Source: Candidatus Nealsonbacteria bacterium DGGOD1a (GTDB lineage Bacteria > Patescibacteriota > Minisyncoccia > Minisyncoccales > UBA5738). Taken from it: 64,000 nt of DNA. Positions 26,893 to 35,946 of this stretch are shown here, in pieces. How positions within the stretch are numbered: the first letter of the stretch is position 1; each line of letters opens with the position of its first letter. The notes below the pieces were generated by a model. The model was not told the DNA's origin. It ran no database searches and worked only from the letters and a program-made list of their open reading frames with translations. The DNA lies in assembly GCA_022530585.1 (NCBI GenBank), contig CP092821.1, positions 457,525 through 521,524 on the forward strand, written 5' to 3'. A program made the translations under genes and the position numbers.

Positions 26893-27438
26893 ATGCAAAA
26901 ACGGAATATTTTCAAGCTGGTTGCCGGTATTTTGATTTGCCAAGCCGCCGGCGGGATCGGCTCCGTGTTCACCGTTCCGGCGGTTGGGGGCTGGTACGCC
27001 CAACTGGCCAAGCCGTCGTGGACGCCGCCGGGGGAAGTGATCGGCGCGGTGTGGACGGCGCTGTATTTGTTGATGGGGCTTTCGCTGTATCTGGTTTGGG
27101 CCGGAAACTGGCAGATTGAACAATCGCTCGCCGGGCGGGCCGCGCGCGCGTGGAATCAAATATCCCAAAAACTGCTTGACGGCGCGTGGCAAAAGCAGAA
27201 TATTATCGCGATTTTCTCCATGCAACTGATTTTGAATGTGTTGTGGTCGTTCATTTTTTTTGAATTAAAATCGCCGGGACTGGCGTTTTTTGAATTATTG
27301 ATGCTTTGGGTGGCGATCGCCTATACCATTGGCAATTTTTGGCGCGTGTCAAAACTCGCGGCGTATCTGCTAATGCCTTATATTGCGTGGGTGACTTTTG
27401 CCGGTTATCTCAACTTCGCCATTTGGCAAATGAATTAA
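26893..27438 (+). CDS. tspO: TspO/MBR family tryptophan-rich sensory protein
   Basis: 181 aa with five TM segments. WYAQLAKPSWTPPGEVIGAVWTALYLLMG and LNVLWSFIFF are TspO signatures. Confidence 0.85.
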   Translation: MQKRNIFKLVAGILICQAAGGIGSVFTVPAVGGWYAQLAKPSWTPPGEVIGAVWTALYLLMGLSLYLVWAGNWQIEQSLAGRAARAWNQISQKLLDGAWQKQNIIAIFSMQLILNVLWSFIFFELKSPGLAFFELLMLWVAIAYTIGNFWRVSKLAAYLLMPYIAWVTFAGYLNFAIWQMN

Positions 27439-27579
27439 ACAACGGAGAGGTATTTTGCAATGCTCAAAGCATTGCAGTAGCAATGCTTTGAGCATTGCAA
27501 GTATCGCGGCATTTCATCCAAAGCGGGTTTACAAAGCGCCGCGATTTTGACATAATGGGGAAGGAATAAATTTAATTCT

Positions 27580-28785
27580 ATGATCGCGAAAAGATTGTCA
27601 TTTTTGCTGTTTTTGTTGGCCGCGTTCTTATCGCCGATGGCGGTTTTGGCCCAAAATCCGGTCAATGTTTATTTTTTTTGGGGTCAAGGATGCCCTCATT
27701 GTGAACGCGAGAAGGCGTTTCTCGCGGAACTTGAAGGCAATTATCCGCAAATTACGGTGCGGGATTTTGAAGTTTGGAAAAGCGACGAAAACCGCCAAAT
27801 TTTGATTGATTTGGGCAAGGCGCTCAATGTCGATGTTTCGGGGGTGCCGTTCACCGTGGTCGGCGACAAGCACTTTATCGGCTGGTACGACAAGGATTCC
27901 ACCGGCAAGGCGATTGAGGCCGCCGTGGCAACGGCGACGGAGCAAGGGTGCGCCGACATTGCCGCCGGCATTATCGACCCCGAGAATGATCCGCAAGAGA
28001 ACGGCAGTTGCGGCGAGCAAGATAAAAAAGAAATTCCTCAAAGCGTCAATGTGCCGTTTTTGGGGCAAATCAATGTGAAAGATTTTTCCCTGCCGGCGAT
28101 TGCCGTAATATTGGGCGCGCTGGACGGATTCAATCCGTGCGCGATGTGGACGCTCTTGTTCTTGATCAGTCTGCTTTTGGGCATGGAAAACCGCAAGCAA
28201 ATGTGGATTTTGGGGTGCGCTTTTATCGTTGCGTCGTCTTTGGTTTATTTCACATTTATGGCCGCGTGGCTCAATCTGCTTTTGTTTATCGGTTTTATTT
28301 TCTGGGTGCGTTTTGCCGTGGGCGCGACAGCGATCGGCGGCGGAATTTATAATTTAAAATCATATTTTTCCAAAAAACCGGCGGTTTGCGCCAATGCCGC
28401 GGATCCCAAGAGAAAAAAAGTTTTTGACAAAATAAAGAACATCACTCGGCAAAATAATTTTTATTTCGCGCTGGGAGGCATCATCCTGCTGGCGTTCGCG
28501 GTGAATCTGGTGGAGTTGATCTGTTCGGCCGGCTTGCCGGTGATTTTCACCCAGATTCTGGCGATGAGCGATTTGGCGGCATGGCAATATTATTCCTATA
28601 TCGCGCTTTATATCTTGGTTTTTATGGCCGATGATTTGTTTGTTTTTTTCGCGGCGATGATAACTCTTAAAATGGCGGGCGCCACTTCCAAATATCAAAA
28701 AGCGTCGCATTTGATCGGCGGGGTTTTGATGCTGGCAATCGGTCTTTTGCTGATTTTTCGTCCCGAATGGCTGATGTTGGGTTGA
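27580..28785 (+). CDS. Fusion of extracytoplasmic thioredoxin/glutaredoxin-like domain (CPHC) with a multi-pass CcdA/DsbD-like membrane domain
   Basis: Signal peptide. FFWGQGCPHCEREKAFL...GVPFTVVG thioredoxin fold. Membrane domain with GALDGFNPCAMWTLLFLISLL (NPC motif reminiscent of CcdA/DsbD). Confidence 0.6.
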   Translation: MIAKRLSFLLFLLAAFLSPMAVLAQNPVNVYFFWGQGCPHCEREKAFLAELEGNYPQITVRDFEVWKSDENRQILIDLGKALNVDVSGVPFTVVGDKHFIGWYDKDSTGKAIEAAVATATEQGCADIAAGIIDPENDPQENGSCGEQDKKEIPQSVNVPFLGQINVKDFSLPAIAVILGALDGFNPCAMWTLLFLISLLLGMENRKQMWILGCAFIVASSLVYFTFMAAWLNLLLFIGFIFWVRFAVGATAIGGGIYNLKSYFSKKPAVCANAADPKRKKVFDKIKNITRQNNFYFALGGIILLAFAVNLVELICSAGLPVIFTQILAMSDLAAWQYYSYIALYILVFMADDLFVFFAAMITLKMAGATSKYQKASHLIGGVLMLAIGLLLIFRPEWLMLG

Positions 28786-28973
28786 TTGGCTTGTCCCTGG
28801 GGCGGAAACCGTGGCGCGGCAAAAATTTCTTTCGGGTTTTAAAATTCAACTCAGGCTTTGGCGGGCGGAGAGGGTTGACTTTGGCGGCAGGGGTGATAAA
28901 TTCTTAGCAGTTCTCTATTCGGACGAAGGAAAAATGGTCGAGAAATCCCAGGATGTTGGGATAGGAGGATGCT

Positions 28974-29222
28974 ATGGATGAAATAAAAGGCTCCGTAATT
29001 GTCGGTTTTATACGAACCGACAAAGGAATCTTTCAGGCCTGCGATTCGGCTGAAACCGCGCAGAGGATGATCAAGAGTTTCAACGATGGTCATTCCCGGC
29101 GATTGGCATGGCGGCTTAAGAGATACCCTTTTGTTTATGTCGCAGACAGTGTTGAGGACTTATACGCGGCAAAGGCGCGTTATGAGCCGCCAAAGCGGGA
29201 GATGGAGGTTGAGCTTGAATAA
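28974..29222 (+). CDS. Hypothetical protein
   Basis: 82-aa ORF preceded by a strong RBS (ataggaggatgctATG). No motif recognised. Confidence 0.45.
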   Translation: MDEIKGSVIVGFIRTDKGIFQACDSAETAQRMIKSFNDGHSRRLAWRLKRYPFVYVADSVEDLYAAKARYEPPKREMEVELE

Positions 29223-29261
29223 AGCTCTTTTTTTCGGCTTGGCGGTTTTGTATAAAAAAAG

Positions 29262-29585
29262 CTAAATATATTTGATGTGTAATATTCCAAATATGCTTAG
29301 CGTATATCCTTCTTTTTCAATTCCGGCCGCATCAATTTCGCCGAGAATCTTCAATTTAGCGGCACTATACCCGGCGATGTTCCTGCAGGTTGCCCTGAAT
29401 TCGCCCTTAACGATTAGGGTTGAGTCTTCTCCGGCGCAACCTGTTCCAACCCAAGTCTGCATCAGCAGACAATTTTCGAATGGCTTTTCTATCCGCGCCC
29501 TAAGTGTTCCATAGCGCGTTGGTTCTCCGTCAAGGATAAGAATGCCATTGACGGACTCCAAATATAAATTTTTTTCAATTTCCAT
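29262..29585 (-). CDS. Hypothetical protein
   Basis: 107-aa ORF with protein-like composition. ggtgaaagaATG gives a plausible RBS. No motif recognised. Confidence 0.35.
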   Translation of the reverse strand: MEIEKNLYLESVNGILILDGEPTRYGTLRARIEKPFENCLLMQTWVGTGCAGEDSTLIVKGEFRATCRNIAGYSAAKLKILGEIDAAGIEKEGYTLSIFGILHIKYI

Positions 29586-29640
29586 TCTTTCACCGGTAAC
29601 ATAATAAAATATAATTATTATGTTGTCAAATTTTCGTCAA

Positions 29641-29814
29641 GTAACCCCTCACCGGGGAGTAAAAATAGCGAATTTGGAGGTCAATCCTCGGCTTGCGAGA
29701 GGTTTGACCTTCAAATTCGCGCCGGCCCTTACCGCAAATTCGTTGAGGATTGACCTCAAAATGCAAATTCTCGAGGTCAAACCTCAACAAATTTGCTCCC
29801 CGGTGAGGGGTTAC
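29641..29814. mobile_element. MITE-like element, full copy (174 bp) with 17-bp perfect TIRs gtaacccctcaccgggg / ccccggtgaggggttac
   Basis: The TIRs are read directly. The interior contains nested hairpins (ggaggtcaatcctcggcttgcgagaggtttgaccttc) and REP-like half sites (gaggtcaaacctcaac). Confidence 0.7.
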
Positions 29815-29891
29815 AATATTGCGGCGGGGTTGTGTTTGGGTTATACTTAAATCGTATTCGAATCGTATTCAAATCGTATTTAATCAAAAAA

Positions 29892-30275
29892 ATGGCGGAA
29901 ACATCAAATCAAAACAATAATCCCATTGATTTGCGCGAGGTGGTAAAAATTTTTAACGACCGGTTTGACAAAGCCGATCAAAACTACCGCGAGCTGGCCA
30001 AATCTTCCAACGACCGGTTTGACCAGATGGATCAAAACTACCGGGAATTGGTGGAGTTTTTGGCGGGCGAATTTGACAAAATTCATCAAACCAAAGCCGA
30101 CAAAGTTGATATGGAAGAAAATTTTAATCTGGTGCTGAATCGCGTCGCGACGATAAACACAAAAATTGACGATTATCGCGCCGATCAGATTGGTTTGAAG
30201 CGCCAAGTGGACAAGCACGAAAAATGGCATTTTGCCGTTGCCGACAAAGTCGGCGTCAAGCTGTTATCAAAGTGA
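29892..30275 (+). CDS. Small coiled-coil protein, paralog family with conserved C-terminal DDYRADQIGLKRQVDKHEKWH motif
   Basis: 127 aa from ATG 29892 (MAETSNQNNNPIDL...). Internal repeats NDRFDKADQNYRELA / NDRFDQMDQNYRELV. The C-terminal 65 nt are near-identical to 43990-44054. Confidence 0.6.
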   Translation: MAETSNQNNNPIDLREVVKIFNDRFDKADQNYRELAKSSNDRFDQMDQNYRELVEFLAGEFDKIHQTKADKVDMEENFNLVLNRVATINTKIDDYRADQIGLKRQVDKHEKWHFAVADKVGVKLLSK

Positions 30276-30283
30276 ATTATATT

Positions 30284-30302
30284 AAAAGGGTCCGACCCTT
30301 TT
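30284..30302 (+). terminator. Palindrome aaaagggtccgaccctttt (terminator-like hairpin), copy 1
   Basis: Stem aaaaggg/ccctttt with loop tccga, 9 nt after the stop of the coiled-coil gene. The same 17-mer occurs at 30538-30554, and twice in inverted orientation inside murF (58222-58263). Confidence 0.5.
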
Positions 30303-30507
30303 GGAAACTATTATTGACACTAAATCAAATATCTTGAATATTCGGTTCAGTAAAAAGAAATCGGTTGATTCGGAAGTCAAAGACAATGTGGTGATTGATT
30401 ATGACGAGAACGGCGAAATCGTCAATTTGGAAATTATGAAGATTGATTTGCGCGAATTTGCCGAGTTTGCGAAAGCCGATCGATCCGTTTTGGAATTTAG
30501 CGTCTGA
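30301..30507 (+). CDS. DUF2283-family small protein
   Basis: 68 aa (TTG start). SNILNIRFSKKKSVDSEVKDNVVIDYDENGEIVNLEIM matches the DUF2283 pattern (..D.l.i.......e.....v.D.d..G.ivg.Ei) from memory. Confidence 0.5.
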   Translation: METIIDTKSNILNIRFSKKKSVDSEVKDNVVIDYDENGEIVNLEIMKIDLREFAEFAKADRSVLEFSV

Positions 30508-30536
30508 TCTTGGGACAAGATTGAGTTTGTTGTGTT

Positions 30537-30556
30537 AAAAGGGTCCGACCCTTTCA
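30537..30556 (+). terminator. Palindrome aaaagggtccgaccctttc, copy 2
   Basis: Same hairpin as 30284-30302, 30 nt after the DUF2283 stop. Confidence 0.45.
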
Positions 30557-30960
30557 ATGGGTGTTGGCGGTTCGCAAACAAAAAGGGCGGGGATGTTCTA
30601 TTCCGTCGATCTGGTTTCAACCGGCAATATCAGACAATAAAAAATCGCGTTGCGCAAGATTGACGGGATTTTTGGATTTGTTAGGATGATAGGACTCTAG
30701 AGGGGGGTGCGATAAATTAAAAATTGGCGGCTGTCATTTTGGATGTAATTTTGATACAATAGATAGGTAATCGATACGATAATTCTCTTGTCCGCGGAGG
30801 AGGACAAGAAACTAGACAATGTTCGCATTTTCTGCAAACGCGAATTGCCAATGTGTTCAAAAAAATGGAACCCAGACACGGTTTTTGTTTTGAAAACCCG
30901 CGCCTGCGTTCCATTTTTTTGTACATTGATTATCGTTGTTTCGCAATCAGCCAACGCATT

Positions 30961-32586
30961 ATGAAAAAAATAATCGCCTTATTTTTAGCTTTCGCGACCA
31001 TGTGCCAGACATCCGGCCCGGCGATTTTCGCGTCCGAGGACAATGCCAGTTCAACTGATCCGATTGCGAATGAGGAAAATGATTCCGGTTTGGGCCAGCC
31101 AAATTTATTGGAGATTGCCGGCGGCCAAACAAGCGAAATTTTACCCGCGCCGGATCCGGCGCGGATTGAAAGCGCTTCAACCACGGAAATTGAAATCGCG
31201 CCGCCGACCGTGAACGAAAATAGCTCTTCAACCGAGATATCGGCCGGCGCTTCAAGCGCCGAGGCAATGGGAAACGCGACCACGACCGCGGAAGCGCGCG
31301 CGGATGGGGAGGCGGATGCCACGACCACGAGCGAGACTGAAATTGGCGATGCGACAACAACAATGGATGCCGCCGCGACAACCGATGGCGCCGGTGTTGT
31401 TCAAGAAGCCGCGACTTCCACAACCGCGACCTCCACGGTTGCGACCTCCACAATAGATACCGGTGGAATTTCAACAGAGAATGCCACAAGCGAAGCGGAT
31501 TTGATTTTCGCGCCGGCCGCGCCGCGAATGGCGATGTTGGCGGTTTGGCAAATGGCCGGCGGCGGCTTTGACGATGATCCGGCGGCCGGCGCGCAGTTCG
31601 CGCCTTCGGGCGAGTATCGGGTTTCCCGGAACATACAAATGTGCGGAATCCTCGCGAATGGCAATCCGGATGAATCGGACGGCGTTTACGGGCAAATGTT
31701 TTATCCTGTCGGGGCCGGGTTTGCGCCCGGGGACGGCCAAGGCCGGCAAGGTTGCGGCCAGGTGGTCGGGCCGGCTTGCAAAATGGAAAAATTGTCGAGC
31801 GAAGCGAGTTTTGATTTATTCTGCGAAAAAATTCAAAAAAACAATACGAATTTGCCGTTGTTCGATTCCGGATTGAGCTATGTCGATTTATGCGCCGCGG
31901 ACGGCAAATTGCTGGCGCGAACCGCTTCGGTCTATTGTTGCGAGCAAGAGCTGGCCTATGATGATGCCGCCGGGGAGTATGACGCGGGAGTGATTGCCAA
32001 AGGGGCCGCCGGCGACTACAGCAATACGCTGTTATCCAAGTTCGCTTACTTGCCGCTGTCAAAGATTGATATCGGCTTTAATAATGTTTATTACGGAACG
32101 GTTCAAGAAGGCGTGGAGGCGGTAACGGATGAAACCATCACCCGCGCCGCGGTGCGCAATGTCGGCAATGTGCCGGCGAAAGTTTCGTTGTGGCAGGATG
32201 ACATGGGATTGGGCCAAACCGCCGGCGTTTACAATATCCGCTATGGGGCGCGGTTGAGCGGGATTGGCGCGCCGTGGACATACTACAAGCCGTTTGAAAC
32301 GATTTCGATGTCCGACGCGCTCGCTCCGGGGCAATCCGCGGATATGGAATTTTCGGTCAAGGTTTTGAATTTCCCGGAAACGGCCGGAGAAAGCAAAAGC
32401 GATTACCGCGGCCAAATGAAAATCGACGCGGTATTCGCGCCCGCCAATTATCAATGCCAATCGCCGGAACCGAATGAAGCTCAAACGATATCGGCCGCCG
32501 CTCCCGTTTCAGGTTTGAATGGCGCGGAAGTTAAGCCCGAAACCGATCTGCCGGAAGCCGCAACCACGACCGCGGTTGAGCATTGA
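30961..32586 (+). CDS. Secreted surface protein A: signal peptide, ~200-aa Thr/Ala/Glu/Ser-rich linker, ~330-aa domain paralogous to protein B; C-terminal LPEAA motif
   Basis: MKKIIALFLAFATMCQTSGPAIFA signal. Shares with 34579..35826 the conserved Cys pattern, LAYDDAAGEYD (B: LSYEAAAGTYE), AAVRNVGNVPAKV (B: ATVRNIGNVELDM) and NIRYGARLSG (B: NIRYMGRVGS). Confidence 0.65.
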   Translation: MKKIIALFLAFATMCQTSGPAIFASEDNASSTDPIANEENDSGLGQPNLLEIAGGQTSEILPAPDPARIESASTTEIEIAPPTVNENSSSTEISAGASSAEAMGNATTTAEARADGEADATTTSETEIGDATTTMDAAATTDGAGVVQEAATSTTATSTVATSTIDTGGISTENATSEADLIFAPAAPRMAMLAVWQMAGGGFDDDPAAGAQFAPSGEYRVSRNIQMCGILANGNPDESDGVYGQMFYPVGAGFAPGDGQGRQGCGQVVGPACKMEKLSSEASFDLFCEKIQKNNTNLPLFDSGLSYVDLCAADGKLLARTASVYCCEQELAYDDAAGEYDAGVIAKGAAGDYSNTLLSKFAYLPLSKIDIGFNNVYYGTVQEGVEAVTDETITRAAVRNVGNVPAKVSLWQDDMGLGQTAGVYNIRYGARLSGIGAPWTYYKPFETISMSDALAPGQSADMEFSVKVLNFPETAGESKSDYRGQMKIDAVFAPANYQCQSPEPNEAQTISAAAPVSGLNGAEVKPETDLPEAATTTAVEH

Positions 32587-32672
32587 ACTTTGAGCGCGGT
32601 ATATTAGACAATCACGATTGCCGCCGCAAAATACGCGGCGGAGTGGTTGGATAAAATTAATAAATTCTATTT

Positions 32673-33020
32673 ATGGTTATCAAAGCAATAAGAGAAAAAT
32701 TAACGGCCGCGCGCATAAAAGCGGTGGTTATGGAGTTTGGAAAAAAACTGGCGGCGGAGAACATTCCGGTGAAGCAGATGATTTTGTTCGGGTCGTACGC
32801 GAAAAACAATCCGCATATTGACAGCGATATTGATGTGGCGGTGATTTTGAAGGATGACAGCGGCATCGAGCGGGGCGAAATTGACAAGATTACCTGGTGG
32901 GCCAAGCAAATCAATGTGAAATTGGAGCCGCATATTTTGAGCGAAGGCGATTTCAACAACCGTTGGCTGTCGTTGCCCGCGGAAATAAAAAAAACGGGGA
33001 TCAAAATAGCAGAACGATGA
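32673..33020 (+). CDS. Minimal nucleotidyltransferase (MNT/MntA-like, Pol-beta superfamily)
   Basis: 115 aa. LFGSYAKNNPHIDSDIDVAVIL is the GS...DxD NTase signature. Confidence 0.8.
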   Translation: MVIKAIREKLTAARIKAVVMEFGKKLAAENIPVKQMILFGSYAKNNPHIDSDIDVAVILKDDSGIERGEIDKITWWAKQINVKLEPHILSEGDFNNRWLSLPAEIKKTGIKIAER

Positions 33021-33052
33021 CGATGAACGATGACAATGAACGATGACGATAA
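33012..33052. repeat. Short array of gaacgatga-type 9-mers upstream of the four-helix-bundle gene
   Basis: gaacgatgacgatgaacgatgacaatgaacgatgacgataac. The same 9-mer family is seen at 33476-33572. Confidence 0.7.
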
Positions 33053-33092
33053 CTAATAAAAAAAGATAAATAATAAAAATGGACATAAATTC

Positions 33093-33473
33093 ATGGAAAC
33101 AAATAGTAACTATGGGTTTAAATTCAGAAATTGGGATATTTATAACGATGCGCGAAAATTTAGAAATTTAATTTATGAAACAACAAATAAATTCCCAAAA
33201 GATGAAAGATTCGGATTGACAGACCAATTAAGAAGGGCTTCGGTGTCGATAATACTTAATATCGCGGAAGGCGCGAATAAAAACACCGATAAAGACCGCC
33301 GCGTCTATATCAATCGAGCGCATTGTTCATTGGATGAAGTAGTCGCTGGAATAGATTGTGCCGTTGATGAGAGTTTTATTGACGAAACCACCCGGATTAA
33401 AATTTTGGAAAACGCCAGCAGTTTGGCAAAGCGCTTGAGAGCATTCACGAATTATTTGCACCGTGAACCATAA
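33093..33473 (+). CDS. Four-helix-bundle protein (23S rRNA intervening-sequence protein family)
   Basis: 126 aa. FRNWDIYNDARKFRNLIYETTNKFPKDERFGLTDQLRRASVSIILNIAEGANK...YINRAHCSLDEV matches the family pattern (w..a..l...iy.lt..fPk.E.fgL..QlrRaavSi..NIAEG). Confidence 0.8.
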   Translation: METNSNYGFKFRNWDIYNDARKFRNLIYETTNKFPKDERFGLTDQLRRASVSIILNIAEGANKNTDKDRRVYINRAHCSLDEVVAGIDCAVDESFIDETTRIKILENASSLAKRLRAFTNYLHREP

Positions 33474-33475
33474 AC

Positions 33476-33572
33476 AGTGAACGATGACGATGAACGATGA
33501 ACTATGACGATGAACGATGAACTATGACGATGAACGATGACAATGAACGATGAACGATGAACGATGACGATG
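33476..33572. repeat. Array of ~11 degenerate 9-mers (gaacgatga / gaactatga / gacgatga)
   Basis: Read directly. It is the reverse complement of the tcatagttc 9-mers that build the array at 33590-33830, so the two arrays form a large imperfect inverted repeat centred near 33580. Confidence 0.85.
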
Positions 33573-33589
33573 ATTTTGCCCACATTTTG

Positions 33590-33830
33590 TCAAAGTTCAT
33601 AGTCCATAGTTCATAGTCCGCATTCCCTGTCATAGTTCAAAGTTCATAGTTCATAGTTCAAAGTTCATAGTCCGCATTCCCTGTCATAGTTCAAAGTTCA
33701 TAGTTCATAGTTCAAAGTTCATAGTCCGCATTCCCTGTCATAGTTCAAAGTTCATAGTTCATAGTTCAAAGTTCATAGTCCGCATTCCCTGTCATAGTTC
33801 ATAGTTCATAGTTCAAAGATCATAGTCCGT
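33590..33830. repeat. Tandem array: three perfect 54-bp units (33630-33683, 33684-33737, 33738-33791) plus partial flanking units
   Basis: The unit is tcatagttcaaagttcatagttcatagttcaaagttcatagtccgcattccctg. Stop codons occur in all frames and there are no unique spacers. Confidence 0.9.
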
Positions 33831-34437
33831 TGAGTAGAGTGCAGATGGCGTTTCCCGGGAGGAATGCCGCCACCCGCACTTTATAAAAAAGTAGGCGAAA
33901 CGGATTGTCGAAATCACGCCGCCGAAATTTAATGAAGAAGGCGCGAATCCGCATTTTGCATTTGTATCTGCATTTCAAGGGTCTATCCCTTGCGTAATCG
34001 CAAGGGTTAGACCCTGGTAAAAGTATTTGCATTTGCATTTCCCGGATTCGCGAGACAAGGTCGACCGGGACTTATCCGAAATTCCGTGTCCGATATTGCG
34101 AAAGGGTTCTTGTTGAGGTGATCCTCAACAGGCCTGTCGAGGACTGCTGATCAAGCGCCAAGACTCAATATCGGGAACAGGAAAAGTAGGATATTTAACA
34201 AGTTTGACGGGACTTTAAAACCCGCCAAAATAACAATTTCCCCACCTATCAGCATTCAATCACTTTTGTATTTGGGGTCTATCCCCTGCGTAGCTTTAGC
34301 GGAGCAGGGGTTAGACCCCTGCAACAGCGCCCGCATTCGCATTGCATTTGCACCCGCATTTGAGGCCGTTCCCCGGTAGTAGCCGAGGCGCGACCTCGCC
34401 CAACTGCGCTTGCATCGCATTTGCGAGTATATACTTA

Positions 34438-34490
34438 GTATGTATTTAAATATGTATTTAAATAAGTATTTAAATACTTATTTAAATCAG
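34438..34490. repeat. AT-rich 12-bp tandem repeat (x4) in the upstream region of surface protein B
   Basis: tatgtatttaaa tatgtatttaaa taagtatttaaa tacttatttaaa, followed at 34512-34545 by gttaacgattaaagattaacgattaacgatt. Confidence 0.8.
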
Positions 34491-34578
34491 CGCTTGGAAT
34501 TTCGTTAATAGTTAACGATTAAAGATTAACGATTAACGATTGAATCCTGACAGGTGGGGAAATAAAAAAAGAAAACAT

Positions 34579-35826
34579 ATGAAGACATTGAAAAAATATG
34601 TAGCGATGTTGGCCCTGGCCAGCTTGGTCCTCGGACCCGCCTCTGCTTTGGCAGATGTAGTAACTTCGTTTACTGCTTCCAGCGGTGCCGCTCAACCAAC
34701 ATTTAGAGTTGTTGCGAAATGGGAAACTACTGGCACGACTTTGGCTGATTATTGGATTGATGACGATTTGAATACCACTGGTATTCAAGTTAATCCTCCG
34801 TTGGTGAAAGCGGGGACAAAAGCAGTGACTTATTGTGCAGTAGTTCAATTCCCCGGTAAGATGACTCAGGTATCCAAAGTTTATATGGATTTGAAGTATG
34901 CTGGAACTGCCAATCAAGGAACACAATATAATCAGTGTGGCGTAACTGTTGGGGATGAGCTTGAACTTACCAAAGTAACCGCCCCGACAGGTGAATTACC
35001 TTACAATGTTTTTTGCAAGAGCTTGAACCCGAATGCGGGTGCAGGGATTTATAAAGGTAATGATATCGTAACTTTCTTGGATCCCACAACGGGCCATGAT
35101 TGGGCGACTCTTTGTACTGATGGCGTGGAGGGTTCATTGCCGAAAGGCGACGCCGCATTGTATTGTGGCACGAGAAACTTGTCCTATGAAGCGGCGGCTG
35201 GTACTTACGAGGTCCAAGTACACGGGGTGGCCAATGGTTTGAACTCAAACTTCTTGCTCAATAATTATCTTTATGTGCCCCAAGCTGGTTTTCAAATTGA
35301 TTTTAATAAAATCAATTATGGAACTGCTACTTGGACTGATCCTACGGTAATTGGTATTACTGGTGGACATTATAATTGGGCTAGCTCTTTCGTGAAATGG
35401 AATTCGATTTCTGGCGATACCAATTTTACCTCAAGCGTTGGCACCAATAACGCAACTGTTAGAAATATTGGTAATGTGGAGTTAGATATGCAAGTAGCGC
35501 AGGACTATATGAACACTGAGTTAACTGGCGGTATGGATAATATTCGTTATATGGGTAGAGTGGGCAGTCTTGATGGATATTGGCAACAGTATGGTCCGAA
35601 TGCCAATATGACCAATCCTAATTGGACAAAATTGACTCGCTATATCGAATTATCCAATAAGGATGAAATGGATTTTGGCGTGGCAATTACGAAATTTGAT
35701 CAAGGAGTGACTTATAGCGGCACGATGAAGCTTATGGGTACACAGCATGATTTTGCAAAATGTCCCACTAGGATTTCATTGCCTGGCGAAGCAGACCCTG
35801 CTCAACAGACTTCAATTCCTTTGTAG
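34579..35826 (+). CDS. Secreted surface protein B (paralog of A without the linker); candidate fibre/pilin-like subunit; C-terminal LPGEA motif
   Basis: MKTLKKYVAMLALASLVLGPASALA signal (TTG 34540 is an alternative start). Paralogy to A as listed for that feature. LSYEAAAGTYEV resembles the Cna-B/SpaA E-box (Y.l.E..AP.GY). VRNIGNV is a beta-sandwich motif. Confidence 0.65.
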   Translation: MKTLKKYVAMLALASLVLGPASALADVVTSFTASSGAAQPTFRVVAKWETTGTTLADYWIDDDLNTTGIQVNPPLVKAGTKAVTYCAVVQFPGKMTQVSKVYMDLKYAGTANQGTQYNQCGVTVGDELELTKVTAPTGELPYNVFCKSLNPNAGAGIYKGNDIVTFLDPTTGHDWATLCTDGVEGSLPKGDAALYCGTRNLSYEAAAGTYEVQVHGVANGLNSNFLLNNYLYVPQAGFQIDFNKINYGTATWTDPTVIGITGGHYNWASSFVKWNSISGDTNFTSSVGTNNATVRNIGNVELDMQVAQDYMNTELTGGMDNIRYMGRVGSLDGYWQQYGPNANMTNPNWTKLTRYIELSNKDEMDFGVAITKFDQGVTYSGTMKLMGTQHDFAKCPTRISLPGEADPAQQTSIPL

Positions 35827-35946
35827 TCTAACGGGTAAAAGCGATGGAGCGCGAAATTGTGCGCTCCATGCTTTTGCGCATTATGTGCTATGCGTTGACG
35901 TCTATCTATTATTGTGTTAGGAATAATTAAATAATTTATTAATTTC

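Noticed and set aside
30959-32062. 367-aa minus-strand ORF
   Set aside because: It is antisense to surface protein A. The product is extremely Arg/Pro/Ser-rich (RRRP..., SRSW...), typical of the reverse frame of a Thr/Ala/Glu-rich linker.
33476-33830. Possible CRISPR array, because of regularly spaced repeats
   Set aside because: The 54-bp units are contiguous, with no unique spacers between them. They are themselves built from 9-mers, and the left array is the reverse complement of the right one. No cas genes lie nearby. It is a tandem/inverted repeat, not a CRISPR.
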